Positions 62,239 through 64,000 of a DNA stretch of 64,000 nucleotides are shown one piece after another. The DNA comes from a virus. Its lineage: Duplodnaviria; Caudoviricetes. The notes beneath the pieces are model-generated. The model was not told the origin of the DNA, ran no database searches, and saw only the letters and a program-made list of their open reading frames with translations. The DNA lies in the IMG/VR virus record IMGVR_UViG_3300035208_004923, positions 256,001-320,000 of that record, one strand, 5' to 3'. Made by a program: the position numbers and the translations under genes. Each line of letters starts with the position of its first letter. The stretch's first letter is position 1.

Positions 62239-62599
62239 ATTATTGTTCGCTATAATGCATTTCCCATAACTTAGTTATAGGGTTTTTAATTAAAAATCTA
62301 GGGTCCTTTTTTGTTGGAGTTGTTAACGGACAATTACGTGCGTGACAAAGATATCCTGAATGTTGACCACGATTTTCTTTTGTATTTTCAAAACCTGTGG
62401 TTTTTAGAATAAATGCATGTATTTTTGACCACGATGCAACTTTATTACAATCGGTTTCGATAAAATCAAGGATTTGCGATTTCAATGTTTTTTTCATAAT
62501 TTTCGATTTTAGTGAATTTGTTTATCAATTAATTAAAATCAAATATACAACATTTATGATGCAATAGCAATAGTTTATGCAATTAATTTTTACTTTTTT

Positions 62600-62678
62600 G
62601 TGCGGCCAGCAGGACTCGAACCTGCAACTCCAAACCCGTCTTAACGTGGGTGACCTACCATTTCGCCATTACAGGACA
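62600..62678 (-). pseudogene. Degenerate tRNA (Leu-TAA-like)
   Basis: Perfect T-arm GCAGG-TTCGAGT-CCTGC and D-loop TGGCGAAATGGTAG, but acceptor and anticodon stems are poorly paired. Confidence 0.55.
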
Positions 62679-62694
62679 CAGCCGCTAGATTATC

Positions 62695-63288
62695 CTAGAA
62701 TAATCCTTTTGTTGCTTTATGATCTTTTATTTGTTTAGATACGTATGAACCCAATGCAAAATTTGATTCTAATTGGGTTAGCAATTCTTCAATGTATTCT
62801 TTAAGTCCAATTGCATTTTTTTCGCCTTCCCATACATAAATTGTTACATCATTTTCTTTAAGTTCTTTAAATATTATCGCGATAATAGTTTCAAGTTCGC
62901 CACCAGCAAGGCCGTAACCAATAAGAGGAAGCCCAATTGATAAATCATTCAATGTTGCAACTGAACTTAATTTTTTTAATGCAAGTTCAAATGCAGGATA
63001 CACAAACGGTTTATCTGCAGGATTGTGACCAAATTGAGTGTATAAATTGAATATGTTAGTTTCTGTACCGTCCTGCCATTTTTGTACTGCATTAGTGTAA
63101 TTTCCAAGTTTGCGAATATCACCAGGAATTGTTTTGTAATCTTCAGCGGTTGCTTGTGGGAAAGTGTTTTTTACGTCAAGTGCAATACCTGCGCCCATGC
63201 GACAAAAACAGTTACATCCATGAGCAATTGCACCAAATTGTTTTGCATCTTGTATAAGATTGCCTATAACTACTTTAGCTTTTTTCAT
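62695..63288 (-). CDS. Macro domain (ADP-ribose binding/hydrolase) protein
   Basis: GNL..IAHGCNCFCRMGAGIA, NLYTQ, PLIGYGLAGG. Confidence 0.9.
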   Translation of the reverse strand: MKKAKVVIGNLIQDAKQFGAIAHGCNCFCRMGAGIALDVKNTFPQATAEDYKTIPGDIRKLGNYTNAVQKWQDGTETNIFNLYTQFGHNPADKPFVYPAFELALKKLSSVATLNDLSIGLPLIGYGLAGGELETIIAIIFKELKENDVTIYVWEGEKNAIGLKEYIEELLTQLESNFALGSYVSKQIKDHKATKGLF

Positions 63289-63319
63289 AATTTATATTTT
63301 TATATTATATACAGATTTT

Positions 63320-63820
63320 TTAATTAGTTTTTCTTGATTCTATTTCGACAAAATTATGTATCATTATAGATACGGCTTCTTCGTTATTTACGGTTATACA
63401 TATTTCGTATTTTGAATTTCTATATGTAATGGAATTAATATCATTTTTTTGCAAAACCTCTTTAAATTTTAATACATACATTTCTAATAGAATTCTTTTT
63501 AATTGAGATGTATCTGTATGATATATCAAGCGATTTTCGTATTCATATGATTGCAAAATTTCAATACTTTGAAATTGATAAGGTTCAAAAGATTCTTTAT
63601 TTAAAATTGTTGCACTATACAAAATATAATCATAATCATATTTTGAATCATCCATTATTGATTCGTCCGGAATCAATAATTGCCAATCTTTGGACAACAA
63701 GCTATCAGATAATGCAGTAGTACTTTGTTTTTGCATACTGATTAGATTTTTAACTGTCATTGTTTGTGAAAACAATGATAACGAAATGATTGTCAATAAA
63801 AAAGTAAGTAATTTTCTCAT
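63320..63820 (-). CDS. Secreted hypothetical protein
   Basis: Bacteroidota-style signal peptide ending FSQ. Confidence 0.5.
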   Translation of the reverse strand: MRKLLTFLLTIISLSLFSQTMTVKNLISMQKQSTTALSDSLLSKDWQLLIPDESIMDDSKYDYDYILYSATILNKESFEPYQFQSIEILQSYEYENRLIYHTDTSQLKRILLEMYVLKFKEVLQKNDINSITYRNSKYEICITVNNEEAVSIMIHNFVEIESRKTN

Positions 63821-64000
63821 GTCAAATAGTTTTAATGTTATTTTACTAAATATCCAAAGTTTTCTTGAACGATTGGGTGTAATAATTCATTTTCCAAATC
63901 AAAAATAAATGATGATGGCAAATTGTTGGCAGGGAACGTTCCTTTTTCAATAAAACCTACAGGTGCAACAAGATATGTTTTATTTTCGTATACGATAATG

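Noticed and set aside
32522-62573. Recurrent ~38-bp repeat as a CRISPR array
   Set aside because: Copies are hundreds to thousands of bp apart, each directly upstream of a gene, and match a promoter consensus; no cas genes are present
2140-63908. Numerous plus-strand ORFs of 60-230 aa in the ORF track (e.g. 25633..26148, 48040..48738, 43224..43451)
   Set aside because: Antisense shadows of well-supported minus-strand genes, with no motifs or promoters
1-64000. Alternative genetic code (TAG or TGA recoding, as in some Bacteroidota phages)
   Set aside because: Long conserved genes are intact under the standard code, and the few TAG stops are followed by intergenic signals

Overview
AT-rich segment of a large T4-like (jumbo-type) dsDNA phage, almost entirely minus-strand, standard genetic code. 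The host is probably Bacteroidota: TAnnTTTG promoters, a T9SS C-terminal-domain gene, a Bacteroidota-style tmRNA, and no obvious Shine-Dalgarno motifs. It carries a gp23-like major capsid, a gp21-like protease fused to a scaffold, and RNA/translation genes (tmRNA, CCA-adding enzyme, Rnl2, deformylase, TROVE/vWA, RlmN-like). It also carries NAD salvage genes (PncA, PncB), three glycosyltransferases and six free-standing endonucleases. Most notable: (1) 18 genes with otherwise mostly unrelated products share an N-terminal leader M-x-x-R-I-P-T-L-D-E-F-I-N-E resembling the T4 capsid-targeting sequence; one cargo is an Acb1-like 2H phosphodiesterase, and the leader DNA appears to have mediated a tandem duplication. 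(2) An RlmN-like radical-SAM enzyme lacks both non-cluster catalytic cysteines, and its AACGQL segment is encoded as a separate unannotated 44-aa gene. (3) The tmRNA is interrupted in its T-loop by a group I intron. (4) An RNA ligase is fractured by a split intein around an endonuclease gene. (5) Three unexplained structured non-coding regions are present. (6) A glycosyltransferase is frameshifted at an A12 tract. Three promoter classes can be read directly from the sequence. All family assignments are by eye from motifs; no searches were run.
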